From positions 1-64,000 of the forward strand of contig CAWJMB010000002.1 in NCBI GenBank assembly GCA_963843845.1: a stretch of DNA of 64,000 nt. Reading direction: 5' to 3'. The DNA is from an uncultured Gemmatimonadaceae bacterium (GTDB lineage Bacteria; Gemmatimonadota; Gemmatimonadetes; Gemmatimonadales; Gemmatimonadaceae). Position 1 is the stretch's first letter, and the number at the start of each line of letters is the position of its first letter. Shown piece after piece: positions 20,486 through 30,650 of this stretch. The notes under the pieces were generated by a model, which had not been told where the DNA came from, did no database searches, and was given only the letters and a program-made list of their open reading frames with translations. Made by a program: the position numbers and the translations under genes.

Positions 20486-21069
20486 TCCGCGAGGCTGAGG
20501 ACCGAGAGCCAGAACACGTCGAAGCGGAGACGATGGTTCGCGTCCGGGTCGACGGCGACCTCGCCGGCCAGGCCGTCGAGGAAGGCGACCGCGACGTCGG
20601 CGATGAGCGGCGCCGGGAGCCGCGGCCGGAGCGCGAGCGCGTCGAACAGCCGCTCGATCGTCTGGATCGACGCGGCGCGGCGAGCGGCGCGCGAGCGGCG
20701 GACGGCGCTCCGCACGACAGCGCCGCGCTCGCCCGCGAGGTCGACCAGGGCGCGGAGCTGGCCGGTCGCGAGCTCCCCGTCGAGCCACGCCCAGAGCGTG
20801 TCGAGCGCGGTCGTCGCGGTGACGTCGGCGAGCGCACGCTCCTCCCCCTGCACGTGCGCGACGGTGATCCAGTCGACGAGGCGGGCGAGCAGCTCGTCGC
20901 GGTCGCGGAAGTGGTAGTGAATGAGCGCCTTGCTCACCCCGGCCGCGTCGGCGACGACCTGCAGGCTCACCTGCGCGGCGCCTAACGACCCGACCGACTC
21001 CGCCGCCGCCGCGAGGATCCGCTCGGCGGCGTTGCCGCGGGCTCTCGGGCGCTCGCTCGTGGGGGGCAT
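20482..21069 (-). CDS. TetR/AcrR family transcriptional regulator
   Basis: ERILAAA...SLQVVADAAGVSKALIHYHF..RDEL HTH. Confidence 0.9.
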   Translation of the reverse strand: MPPTSERPRARGNAAERILAAAAESVGSLGAAQVSLQVVADAAGVSKALIHYHFRDRDELLARLVDWITVAHVQGEERALADVTATTALDTLWAWLDGELATGQLRALVDLAGERGAVVRSAVRRSRAARRAASIQTIERLFDALALRPRLPAPLIADVAVAFLDGLAGEVAVDPDANHRLRFDVFWLSVLSLAE

Positions 21070-21143
21070 GCGTCAAAGTAGCGCGCTGCCCAGGCCGGCG
21101 AACGAATGAATTCTCGTCGGACAGCGATTAGAATCCGAGCACT

Positions 21144-21229
21144 CGACCGGGGTGCCGGCGCGGAGGGTCCGCGCGCGGCTGAGAGAGTCCCGCAGAACCT
21201 GATCCGGTTCGTACCGGCGTAGGGAGTCG
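21144..21229 (+). promoter_or_regulatory. TPP (thi-box) riboswitch
   Basis: Conserved segments ggggtgc, ctgaga, cccgcagaacctgatccggttcgtaccggcgtaggga; P1 cgac/gtcg. Confidence 0.92.
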
Positions 21230-21233
21230 CACA

Positions 21234-23366
21234 ATGGATTCGTTCGTACGCTCGCTGAGCGCGGCACTCGTCGCGCTCCCCTCACTCGCGCTCGCGGCCC
21301 AGGCTCAGCCTCCCGCCCGGACGCGCGACACGACCACTGCCGCGGCCGACTCGACGCGCCGCGCGCGATCACCCCGCTCTCCGCAGTCGCTCGAGGCGCT
21401 CACCGTCACCGCGACGCGTGCCAGCGCCGACGCTCCCGTCGCCCAGACGACGCTCGACGACACGCGACTGCGGCGCGACTACGGCGGGCAGGACGTGCCG
21501 CTCCTGCTGCGGCAGGCGCCGTCGGTCACGGCGTTCGCGGAGAGCGGGTCGCTCCTCAACTACTCGTACATCCGGCTGCGCGGCGTCGATCAGTCGCGCA
21601 TCAACTTCACGCTCGACGGCGTGCCGCTGAACGAGCCGGAAGACCAGCAGGTCTACTTCTCCGACTTCCCCGACCTCGCGAGCTCGATCCAGAGCGTGCA
21701 GATCCAGCGCGGCGTCGGCACGAGCACGACGGGGCAGGCGGCGTTCGGCGGCTCGGTGAACTTCGCCTCCCCGTCGCTCGCGGGGACGCGGCCGAACACG
21801 ACGCTCACGCTGGGCGGCGGGTCGTTCGGCACGGCGCGCGGCACGCTCGAACTCGGGACCGGGCAGCTGCCGAACGGCGTCGCGGTGAGCGGCCGGCTCT
21901 CGGCGCTGCGCTCGGACGGGTACCGGCAGGGAGCGACGTCGGCGGCGAACGCGGCGTTCGTGAGCGGCGGATGGTTCGGTCGGCGCGACGTCGTGAAGGT
22001 CACGGCCTCGACGGGGCTCGAGCGGAATGGACAGGCGTACTCCGCGGTGCCGCGCGCGATCCTCGACACGAACCCGCGCTTCAACCCGCTCGCCGGCGTC
22101 GGCGACCGCTACCGCGAGAGCTTCGCGACGCTGAACTACACGCGGCTGCTCTCGGGAAGCACGTCGGCAGGGCTCACGGCGTACGGATTTCAGACGGGCG
22201 GCTTCTACGACTACCCGGCCGGCGACGGGCTCGCCCCGCTCCGCTACCGCTCCGCCTCGCGCTGGGGCGGGCTCGTCGCGGCGCTGCGCACGGTGCACAC
22301 GCTGCCGAACGGCGTGACGCTGTCGCTCGACGGCGGCGCGCACGGCATGCTGTACTCGAAAGATCACGAATTCGACGCGCGCCCGGATCTCGAGTACCCG
22401 GCGTATCGCAACGTGGGGCACAAGCGCGAGGCGAGTGCGTTCGGCAAGACGAGCGTCGCGTTCGGGCGCCTCACGGCGTTCGGCGACGTGCAAGTGCGCA
22501 CGGCGGAGTTCCGCTACACGCCGACCGCGGGATACGGACTGCGCGAGGCGAGCGAGCAGTGGACGTTCGTGAATCCCAGAGGGGGGCTGAAGATGTCCGC
22601 GGCGCCGGGCGTCTCGTTCTTCGCGTCGTTCGGCACGACCGGCCGCGAGCCGACGCGCGCCGACCTGTTCGCCGGCGCCGACGACGTGACGCCCGACGAC
22701 GCGTCGGCGCTGCTGCCGCTCACGCGCGTGCGCCCCGAGCACGTGAACGACCTCGAGGTCGGCGCGTCGTTCGCGCGCGGGCCGGTGACGCTCACGCTCA
22801 CCGGCTACGACATGCGCTTCCGCGACGAGATCGCGCGGACGGGCGGGTCGACGCCGCTGGGCTACGACCTGCGCGCCAACGTCGGGCGGAGCGTCCGGCG
22901 CGGTGTGGAGCTGGACGGCACGTGGACCGTGGTGCCCGCCGTCGACGTCGGTCTCACGGCCGCGGTGAGCCGCAATCGCATCGCGGAGTACCGCGACGAG
23001 GCGACGGGGCGGACGTATCGCGACGTCGAGCCGATCCTCACGCCGACGGTCGTGGGGAGTCATCGCCTCACCTGGCGCGCCCTCACGCGCCGCGCGACCC
23101 CGCGCCTCACGTTCACGGCGGACGGCCGCTATCAGGGGCGCTCCTTCCTCGCGCCGACCGGCGACGAGCGACTCACCGCGCCGCCGTTCTACGTGATCGA
23201 CGGCGGCGTCACCGTGGCGTTCGGCACCCGTTCCATCACCGTGCAGGGGCGCAACCTGCTCGACCGGTTCGCCCTGCCGTCGGGAGACGTGAGCAGCCGG
23301 GGCGTGGCGCGCTACTACATCCTCGCGCCGCGCAGCGTGGACGCGACGGTCCGCGTGCCCTTCTGA
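21234..23366 (+). CDS. TonB-dependent receptor, probable thiamine uptake
   Basis: Signal peptide, TonB-box-like ALTVTATR, plug IRLRG.DQSRINFTLDGVPLNEPED, C-terminal Phe; directly behind a TPP riboswitch. Confidence 0.88.
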   Translation: MDSFVRSLSAALVALPSLALAAQAQPPARTRDTTTAAADSTRRARSPRSPQSLEALTVTATRASADAPVAQTTLDDTRLRRDYGGQDVPLLLRQAPSVTAFAESGSLLNYSYIRLRGVDQSRINFTLDGVPLNEPEDQQVYFSDFPDLASSIQSVQIQRGVGTSTTGQAAFGGSVNFASPSLAGTRPNTTLTLGGGSFGTARGTLELGTGQLPNGVAVSGRLSALRSDGYRQGATSAANAAFVSGGWFGRRDVVKVTASTGLERNGQAYSAVPRAILDTNPRFNPLAGVGDRYRESFATLNYTRLLSGSTSAGLTAYGFQTGGFYDYPAGDGLAPLRYRSASRWGGLVAALRTVHTLPNGVTLSLDGGAHGMLYSKDHEFDARPDLEYPAYRNVGHKREASAFGKTSVAFGRLTAFGDVQVRTAEFRYTPTAGYGLREASEQWTFVNPRGGLKMSAAPGVSFFASFGTTGREPTRADLFAGADDVTPDDASALLPLTRVRPEHVNDLEVGASFARGPVTLTLTGYDMRFRDEIARTGGSTPLGYDLRANVGRSVRRGVELDGTWTVVPAVDVGLTAAVSRNRIAEYRDEATGRTYRDVEPILTPTVVGSHRLTWRALTRRATPRLTFTADGRYQGRSFLAPTGDERLTAPPFYVIDGGVTVAFGTRSITVQGRNLLDRFALPSGDVSSRGVARYYILAPRSVDATVRVPF

Positions 23367-23390
23367 CCACCCGTGCTTGCGGGGCCGGTG

Positions 23391-23441
23391 TCCGACGTGT
23401 AGAAATCCTACCTATCACGGGTAGGATGCCTACACGTCGGA
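23391..23441. promoter_or_regulatory. Nested palindrome upstream of padR (operator and/or RBS-occluding hairpin)
   Basis: tccgacgtgtag / ctacacgtcgga (12 bp) enclosing atcctacc / ggtaggat (8 bp). Confidence 0.6.
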
Positions 23442-23447
23442 GGGTAC

Positions 23448-23789
23448 GTGCCGAAGGAACCGGAGAAGAGCGAGCTGCTCAAGGGCACGCTCGACATGCT
23501 CATGCTGCAGACGCTCACGCTGCAGCCGATGCACGGCTACGCGATCGCGCAGCACATCGAGCGGCTGTCGCAGGACGTGCTCTCGGTCGAGCAGGGGTCG
23601 CTCTACCCGGCGCTCGACCGCCTGCAGCGGCAGGGGTGGGTGACGTCGAAGTGGGGGCAGTCGCCGACGGGGCGGCAGGCGCGCTACTACACGCTCACCG
23701 CGTCGGGGCGCCGCCAGCTCGGCCAGGAGCTCGCGAGCTTCGACCGCGTGTCGCTCGCGATCGCGCGCGTCCTCCAGCGCGCGGAGTGA
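23448..23789 (+). CDS. PadR family regulator (Acidobacterial type)
   Basis: LLKGTLDML.L, MHGYAIAQHI, QGSLYPAL.RL and ARYYTLT motifs. Confidence 0.92.
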   Translation: MPKEPEKSELLKGTLDMLMLQTLTLQPMHGYAIAQHIERLSQDVLSVEQGSLYPALDRLQRQGWVTSKWGQSPTGRQARYYTLTASGRRQLGQELASFDRVSLAIARVLQRAE

Positions 23790-23796
23790 CCCCGCC

Positions 23797-26472
23797 ATGT
23801 CCGCCTTCGACGCGCTCCGCTACCGCCTCACGACGCTCCGCCGCGCCCTGTTCGACCGCGACGCGTACCGCCGCGAGCTGAACGCCGAGCTGACGCACCA
23901 CCTCGAGCTCGACGCGATGCACCAGGGCGGCGCCGGCGCCGCGCGCGCCCGCTTCGGCGACCCGCGCCGCGTGCGAGAGACGCTCGTCGACCGCACCGGC
24001 GCGAGCGCCGTCGACGCGCTGCGGCAGGACGTGCGCTTCGCGCTCCGCACGCTCCGCACGAGCCCGGGCTTCACGCTCGTCGCCGTCCTCACGCTCGCGA
24101 TCGGGATCGGCGCGAACACCGCGATCTTCAGCGCCGTGAACGCGCTGCTCGTGCGTCCCCTGCCCTTCGCCGCGCCGCACGAGCTGATGCAGGTCGGCAC
24201 GACGGCGCCTGCCTCCGGCGACCGGCCGGCGCGCGAGAACGGCATCTGGTCGTATCCCAAGTTCGTCGTGTTCCGCGACGCGCAGACGTCGTTCCGCGAC
24301 CTCGCGCTGTGGACCGAGTGGCAGTCCGTGCTGCGCGGCGACGACGGCGCCGAGCGGGTGATGAGCGAGGTCGTGAGCGCGACGTACCTCCGCACGCTGG
24401 GCGTGCGCCCGGCGCTCGGCCGCGACTTCGTGAGCGAGGAGGATCGCACGCCGGCGGTGCGCACGGCGATCATCTCCGACGCGCTCTGGTCGCGGCGCTT
24501 CGACGCGGACACGACCGTGCTCGGCCGGACGCTGACCGTCGACAACGAGCCGTTCACGATCGTCGGCGTGCTGCCCCCCGGCTTCCGCGGACTGTCCGGC
24601 AAGGCCGAGTTCCTCGTGCCGGTCATGAGCCGGCCGGCGGACGAGTTGCAGGAGGCGTGGAACCACAGCTTCCCCGTCGTCGCGCGCGTGCTGCCGACCG
24701 TGCCGTACGCCCGCGTCGAGGCCGACGTGGCGCGGCTCGGACGCCTCGTCGACGCGACGTACCCGGACCCCGACGACCCGACCGTGCACGGCGGCGCCGA
24801 CGTGCGGCCGCTGAACGCGATGCGCGTCGCGCCGCCGGTGCGGCGGGCGCTGCTCGTGCTGTTCGGCGCGGTCGGGCTCGTGCTGCTCATCGCCTGCGTG
24901 AACGTCGCCAACCTGCTGCTCGTGCGCGCGAGCGGCCGGTCGCGCGAGATCGCGCTGCGGCTGGCGCTGGGTGCCGGACGCCGGCGGCTGGTACGGCAGC
25001 TCATGACGGAGAGCCTGCTGCTCGCCGCCGGCGGCGGCGCGGCCGGCCTCGCGCTGGCCTGGTGGAGCGTTCGCGTGCTGTCGCGCATCGACGCCGCGCA
25101 GGCGCTCCGCTCGGCGCGGCTCGAAGGGCTCGGCGCGGTGTCGTTCGAGTCGATCCGCCTCGACGGCTCGGCGCTCGCGGTCGCGGCGGCGCTCGTCGTC
25201 GCGACGGGGGTGCTCTTCGGACTCGTGCCCGCGCTGCAGGCGACGCGTCCGCGGGGCGCGCTCAAGGAGCAGTCGACGCGCGGCGGCGCGAGCCGCGCGT
25301 CGCAGCGCGGGCGGAGCGCGCTCGCCGCGGCGGAGATCGCGCTCGCGCTCGTGCTGCTCGCCGGCTCGGGGCTCATGCTGCGCAGCCTCGCGAAGCTGCT
25401 CGAGGTGCGCGTCGGCGTCGACCCGGCCAGCGTGCTCGTGATGCGGCTCGGCGCGCAGGGCGTGTCGCGCGACTCGCTGCCGCCGCTCTACGACCAGATC
25501 CTCGAGCGGCTCGCCGCGCTCCCCGGCGTCGCCGGCGTGGCGCTCGGCGACTGCCCGCCGCTGAACGGCGGGTGCAACGGCACGTTCGCGCGCCCCCGCG
25601 ACCGCCCCGAGCCGACGCCGGGGCACGAGATCGAAGCCGGCGTGCACTGGATCACGCCGTCGTGGACCGAGGTGATGCGCGTGCCGCTGCTCCGCGGCCG
25701 GACGTTCACGCGCGCCGACCGGGTCGGCACCCCGAAGGTCGTCGTGATCAACGAGACGGCGGCGCGGACGATGTGGCCGGGGGAGGATCCGTTGGGCAAG
25801 GGGATCAGCGTCGGCCAGGGGGGCTTTCACGACGACACCGCGCGCGTCGTCGGCGTCGTCGGCGACGTGAAGTACCACACGCTCGACGCGCCGGCGACGC
25901 CCGACGTCTATCTCTCGTACTTCCAGTCGCCGTCGCGCATCGGGATCTACGTGCGCACCGTGGGCGACCCGCTCGCCCTCGCCGAGCCGGTGCGGCGCGC
26001 GCTGCGCGAGATCGCGCCCGACGCGCCGCTGTACGACGTGCGCACGCTCACGTCGCGATTCGGCGACGCGATGGCGTTCGCGCGGATGAGCGCGATCCTC
26101 CTCGCGTCGTTCGCCGCCGTCGCGCTCGCGCTGGCGACGCTCGGCGTCTACGGCGTCGTGTCGTACGCGGCGGCGCAGCGCACGCGCGAGATGAGCATCC
26201 GCGTCGCGTTAGGCGCCTCGCGGCAGGACGTCGCGCGTCTCGTGCTGCGCCACGGGCTCGGGATCGCGCTCGCCGGCGGCGTGGTCGGGCTGCTCGGCGC
26301 GCTCGCGGCGACGCGCGTGCTCCGCTCCCTGCTGTTCGGCGTCGCGCCGACGGACCCGGCGACGTTCGCGGCGATCGGCGCGGTGCTGCTCGCGACCGCG
26401 CTGCTCGCGAGCTGGACGCCGGCGCGTCGGGCGGCGCGCGCGGCGCCTGCCGAGGCGCTGCGCGAGGCGTGA
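23797..26472 (+). CDS. ADOP-type duplicated orphan ABC permease (MacB-PCD/FtsX x2)
   Basis: QDVRFALRTL...PGF, GIGANTAIFS, VLLIACVNVANL, REIALRLALGA and QRTREMSIRVALGA motifs; follows PadR. Confidence 0.92.
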   Translation: MSAFDALRYRLTTLRRALFDRDAYRRELNAELTHHLELDAMHQGGAGAARARFGDPRRVRETLVDRTGASAVDALRQDVRFALRTLRTSPGFTLVAVLTLAIGIGANTAIFSAVNALLVRPLPFAAPHELMQVGTTAPASGDRPARENGIWSYPKFVVFRDAQTSFRDLALWTEWQSVLRGDDGAERVMSEVVSATYLRTLGVRPALGRDFVSEEDRTPAVRTAIISDALWSRRFDADTTVLGRTLTVDNEPFTIVGVLPPGFRGLSGKAEFLVPVMSRPADELQEAWNHSFPVVARVLPTVPYARVEADVARLGRLVDATYPDPDDPTVHGGADVRPLNAMRVAPPVRRALLVLFGAVGLVLLIACVNVANLLLVRASGRSREIALRLALGAGRRRLVRQLMTESLLLAAGGGAAGLALAWWSVRVLSRIDAAQALRSARLEGLGAVSFESIRLDGSALAVAAALVVATGVLFGLVPALQATRPRGALKEQSTRGGASRASQRGRSALAAAEIALALVLLAGSGLMLRSLAKLLEVRVGVDPASVLVMRLGAQGVSRDSLPPLYDQILERLAALPGVAGVALGDCPPLNGGCNGTFARPRDRPEPTPGHEIEAGVHWITPSWTEVMRVPLLRGRTFTRADRVGTPKVVVINETAARTMWPGEDPLGKGISVGQGGFHDDTARVVGVVGDVKYHTLDAPATPDVYLSYFQSPSRIGIYVRTVGDPLALAEPVRRALREIAPDAPLYDVRTLTSRFGDAMAFARMSAILLASFAAVALALATLGVYGVVSYAAAQRTREMSIRVALGASRQDVARLVLRHGLGIALAGGVVGLLGALAATRVLRSLLFGVAPTDPATFAAIGAVLLATALLASWTPARRAARAAPAEALREA

Positions 26473-26564
26473 GGGGGAGAACCGGACGGGCCGTGTGACG
26501 TTCCCGCACTTGCGTTCGGGGTGTCGCGCGTGAGCTTCCGGCGCACCTCCCACCGAACGCGCTC

Positions 26565-28117
26565 ATGGAACGCCGCGATTTCCTCCTCGATCTCGCCCGC
26601 CTCGCCGCGCTCTCGGCGGCGGTGCCGACCGTGTGGCGTGTCACGCGCCGGCCGACGCTCGCCGACGACCCGTTCACGTTAGGCATCTCGTCGGGCGACC
26701 CGACGCCGCGCGGCGGGGTGCTGTGGACGCGGCTCGCGACGCGGCCGCTCGAGCCGGAAGGAGGGATGGAGGGGCAGCGCGTCATCGTCGACTGGGAGGT
26801 CGCGGACGACGATGCGTTCCGCACGATCGTGCAGAAGGGGCGCGCGACGGCGGTGCCCGAGCTGTCGTACTCGATCCACGTCGACGTCGATGGCCTGCAG
26901 CCGGACCGCTGGTACTTCTACCGCTTTCACGTCGGCGGCGCGACCGGCGCGACGAGTCCGGTGGGGCGACTGCGCACGACACCGGCGGCGGGGGCCACGA
27001 CGCCGCTCAGGTTCGCGTTCGCGTCGTGCCAGCACTGCGAGACGGGGCTGTACACGGCCTACGCGCACATGGCGCGAGAGGAGCTCGACCTCGTCGCGCA
27101 CCTCGGCGACTACATCTACGAGTACGGCGCGATCGGCGGGCGCGTGCGCACGCACGCCGGCCTCGAGCTCCGCCAGCTCGACGACTACCGACGCCGCTAC
27201 GCGCAGTACAAGACCGACCCGCACCTGCAGGCCGCGCACGCGCGCTGCCCGTGGGTCGTGACGTGGGACGACCACGAGGTCGACAACAACTACGCCGGCA
27301 GCCTCGGCGAGAACGGGATGGAGTCGCTCGAGCAGACGCGGCTGCGGCGCGCCGCCGGGTATCAGGCATGGTGGGAGCACCAGGCGGTCCGCGTACCGCG
27401 CGCGACGTCGTGGGCCGACCTGTCGATCCGCCGGTCGGTCGACTGGGGCGGGCTCGCGAAGTTCTGGGTGCTCGACACGCGCCAGTACCGCAGCGACCAG
27501 CCGTGCGACGACGGCAACAGGAGGTTCGCTGCGGCAACGGCGAGTGGGCGGACCCGTCGCGCACGATGCTCGGCGCCGCGCAGGAGCGGTGGCTCTCCGA
27601 CGGGCTCGGCGCGTCGCGCGCGCGGTGGCAGGTGCTCGCGAACCAGGTGCAGGTCGCGCCGCTCGACAGCGACCCCGGCCCGAAGACGATCCTCCCGATG
27701 GACCAGTGGAGCGGCTACCCCGCCGCCCGCGACCGCCTGTTGGGCACCATCGCCGAGCGCGCGCCGAACCGCACGGTCGTCATCACCGGGGACATCCACT
27801 CGCACTGGGTGAACGAGCTGCACTCGAGCTTCGCGCGCCCCGACCGCCCCGTCGTCGCCGCGGAGTTCGTCGGCACGAGCATCTCGTCGAGCGGCGACGG
27901 GCGGCCGATGTCGGCCGCGTCCGACAACTACCTCGCGGCGAACGCGCACCTGAAGTGGCACGCCGACCGCCGCGGCTACGTCTCGTGTGCGGTGACGCCC
28001 GACACGTGGACGAGCGAGTATCGGACGCTCGAGTACGTGAGCAAGCCCGACGCCCCGCTCGAGACGCCGACGCGGTGGCGGGTGACGCGCGGGCGCCCGG
28101 GGATCACGCGCGTGTAG
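26565..28117 (+). CDS. phoD: Alkaline phosphatase D family, Tat-exported (frameshift near 27520)
   Basis: Tat motif ERRDFL; FTLGISSGDP, FASCQ, HLGDYIYE, WDDHEV, LDTRQYR, DQWSGY and TGDIH motifs. Confidence 0.92.
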
Positions 28118-28143
28118 CGCGGAGCGGTCGTCCTGTGTGTTTC

Positions 28144-28242
28144 GACAGAAGGAACAGAAGCGCTGCACGATCGTGCCGTTCTCCTGTGCTGTCCGTTCCT
28201 TCTGTTCCCTCCGTTCCTTCCGTTCCTTCCGTTCCTTCCGTC
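28144..28242. repeat. 9-bp tandem array with an inverted partner
   Basis: tccgttcct-like unit about 5.5 times at 28192-28240; gacagaaggaacagaag at 28144-28160 is near-complementary. Confidence 0.75.
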
Positions 28243-28266
28243 AGAACGCCCAGCACCGGTCGAATC

Positions 28267-29016
28267 ATGCGCCTTCGTCTCGTCGCGTTCGCACTCCTCC
28301 TTCCGTTAGGCACTCGCGCGCAACCCGCCGCGCCGGCGCCGTGGCCTCCGGTCGCCACGTTCTCGATCCTCGGCTACGACCCCGAGACCGGAGAGGTCGG
28401 CGGCGCGGTGCAGTCGCGCGTCTTCTCGGTCGGCAACGGCGTGCTGTGGGCCGAGGCGGGCGTCGGCGTCGCGGCGACGCAGGCGATCGTCGACGTGAGC
28501 TACGGGCCGCAGGCGATCGCGCTGCTCAGGACGGGGATGAAGCCCGCCGACGTCGTGAAGACGGTGTGGGCGCGCGACCCCGACCCGCGCCCGACCGACT
28601 GGACGAAGCAGGGCCGCCAGTTCGCCGTGATCGACGCGAGCGGCCGCGTCGCCGCGTACACCGGCCCGAAGGCGAGCGAGTGGGCCGGCGACCGGCAGGG
28701 AGCGTTCTGCACCGCGCAGGGGAACATCCTCGCCGGCCCCGGAGTCGTCGACTCGATGGTCGCCGCGTTCGAGCGAACGAAGGGAGAGCACCTGTCACTC
28801 CGCCTGCTCGCCGCGCTCGAGGCGGGGCAGCTCGCCGGCGGCGACAAGCGCGGCATGCAGTCGGCGGCGATGCTGATCGTCAAGAAGGACGGCGGGGTCT
28901 GGCTGCACAACGACGTCGTGCTGCGACTGCAAGTCGACGACAGCCCGACGCCGATCGCGGAGTTACGTCGCCTCGTCGAGAAAGCCGCACAGCAGAGAGT
29001 GCGTACGAGGCGGTAG
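28267..29016 (+). CDS. DUF1028 (Ntn-hydrolase-like) secreted protein
   Basis: ATFSI..YDP.TGEVGGAVQS, ATQA, AQGNIL, GGDKRG.QSAA and LQVDD motifs. Confidence 0.88.
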   Translation: MRLRLVAFALLLPLGTRAQPAAPAPWPPVATFSILGYDPETGEVGGAVQSRVFSVGNGVLWAEAGVGVAATQAIVDVSYGPQAIALLRTGMKPADVVKTVWARDPDPRPTDWTKQGRQFAVIDASGRVAAYTGPKASEWAGDRQGAFCTAQGNILAGPGVVDSMVAAFERTKGEHLSLRLLAALEAGQLAGGDKRGMQSAAMLIVKKDGGVWLHNDVVLRLQVDDSPTPIAELRRLVEKAAQQRVRTRR

Positions 29017-29121
29017 GCGCCACGCATCCGGAGACGGGGACCCATCGCGACGAAAGGGCGCGATGCTCGGAATCACTGAAGACTCGCGGCGTGAGTTCGT
29101 TCCGGATATCGTGCCCTTCCG

Positions 29122-29670
29122 TCACGATCGGCCCCTAATCTCGTGATCGAGTACGCCGACCGCGACCGCCTCCCGCCGCGCCCAGTCGCCGCCGACGTCG
29201 ACGACGCGCGCGCCGAACGAGTCGAGCTCGGCGCGGAACTCGGCGAGCAGGTGCTCACGCTGATCGCCGCGGTCGCGGATGCCGTCGGCGATCCACGGAA
29301 CGTCGGGGAGACAGAGCAGGTAGAGGTCGGCGAGCCGTTCACGGGCTGCGTCGGCGATCCACGCCGGGCAGGCGCCGTAGTAGTGCCGCGCGTAGACGAC
29401 GGTGCTCACGAGGTCGGTGTCGTGCAGCACGAGCGACGCGCCTAACGCCTTCGCTCTCTTGCGCGACGCGTCTTCGAGCGCGATCTGCCCCCGCGCGATC
29501 GGCTCGACGTCGCCGGCGCCGAGCGACGGATGCGACGCTGCATACTCTCGCGCATACTCGGCGGAGTAGGGCACGCCGAGCGACGCGGCGAGCGAGCGGG
29601 TGAGCGTCGACTTGCCGGTGCACTCCGGGCCGATCACCACCACCGATCGCGGCAGACGCACACCACTCAC
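29122..29670 (-). CDS. NadR-type ATPase/kinase domain protein (AAA_28)
   Basis: VVIGPECTGKSTL Walker A, EYAREY, DTD and PDVPWIADGIRD motifs; start overlaps the NAT stop. Confidence 0.8.
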   Translation of the reverse strand: MSGVRLPRSVVVIGPECTGKSTLTRSLAASLGVPYSAEYAREYAASHPSLGAGDVEPIARGQIALEDASRKRAKALGASLVLHDTDLVSTVVYARHYYGACPAWIADAARERLADLYLLCLPDVPWIADGIRDRGDQREHLLAEFRAELDSFGARVVDVGGDWARREAVAVGVLDHEIRGRS

Positions 29671-30524
29671 GTCGTCGCGGGCTGCGCGCTCCGCACGAGC
29701 GCGTCGTCGAGCGCCGGGTCGAGCGCGGGGTCGTCGGGGAGCGTGAGGCGGAAGACGTCGGTCAGCGCGTCGCGCAGCTCGGCGCGCGTCGTGAGCGTCG
29801 TCGACGTCGCCGACCCGTCGAGCGCGCGCGCCGAGAGCGTGGCGTCGCGCAGCGTGCGGCGAAGGTCGCCGTCGACGCGCGCCGCGATCAGCGTGTGCAG
29901 GAAGTGCGAGCGCGGGTGCGTGCACAGGTACCAGCTCGTCACCGCGTAGTCGATCGCCTCGTGCGGCACGAGGTCGAAGCGGTAGACCGGCGCCCAGCGG
30001 TCGCCGAAGTCGGCCTCCAGCACGTACGACGCGTCACCGGGAGCGAGGTGGCGCTCGTCGCGCGCGTAGCGGAAGCGGCCGTGCGGCGTTCCCTGCACCT
30101 CGTCGTGCAGCAGCCGCATCGGCGCGGTGAGCACCTGTGCGCCGAAGCCGACGTCCGCCGCGACCGTCTCGTCGTCGAGGTGCACGAGGAGGAGCATGTG
30201 GCTGCGCGGCGCCCCCTCGTCGCTCTCGGGGCGGTTGTACACGACGCGCCCGGCGAGCCCCGTGGTGCGAAAGCCCAGCGCGACGAGCGCGAGTCGCAGC
30301 AGCGCGTTCTGCTCGAAGCACCACCCGCCGCGCCCGCCCGTGACGAGCTTCGCGGCGAGGGCGGCGGGATCGTACGACACCGGGCGGCGCAGCAGCGGGT
30401 CGAGGTTCTCGAAGGCGATCGCCTGGGGGTGCAGCCGGTGAATCGCGCGCAGCGTGTCGAGCGTCGGCGCGCGGTCGCCGTCGTAGCCGATGCGGCGTAG
30501 ATAGTTGTCGAGGTCGAACGGCAT
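29667..30524 (-). CDS. Arylamine N-acetyltransferase
   Basis: AFENLD, RGGWCFEQN (Cys), SHMLL (His) and ADVGFG (Asp) catalytic triad. Confidence 0.95.
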   Translation of the reverse strand: MPFDLDNYLRRIGYDGDRAPTLDTLRAIHRLHPQAIAFENLDPLLRRPVSYDPAALAAKLVTGGRGGWCFEQNALLRLALVALGFRTTGLAGRVVYNRPESDEGAPRSHMLLLVHLDDETVAADVGFGAQVLTAPMRLLHDEVQGTPHGRFRYARDERHLAPGDASYVLEADFGDRWAPVYRFDLVPHEAIDYAVTSWYLCTHPRSHFLHTLIAARVDGDLRRTLRDATLSARALDGSATSTTLTTRAELRDALTDVFRLTLPDDPALDPALDDALVRSAQPATT

Positions 30525-30650
30525 CCAGAAGCATACGACCCCGCGCCGCAGCGATGGGATCGTTCAAGCTCGCCGCGCTCGCGGTCGACACTCGCACGTG
30601 CGTCTCCCTCTCACGAGGGGGACCGCGTCGTCGCCTCTCCCGCCACGTAG

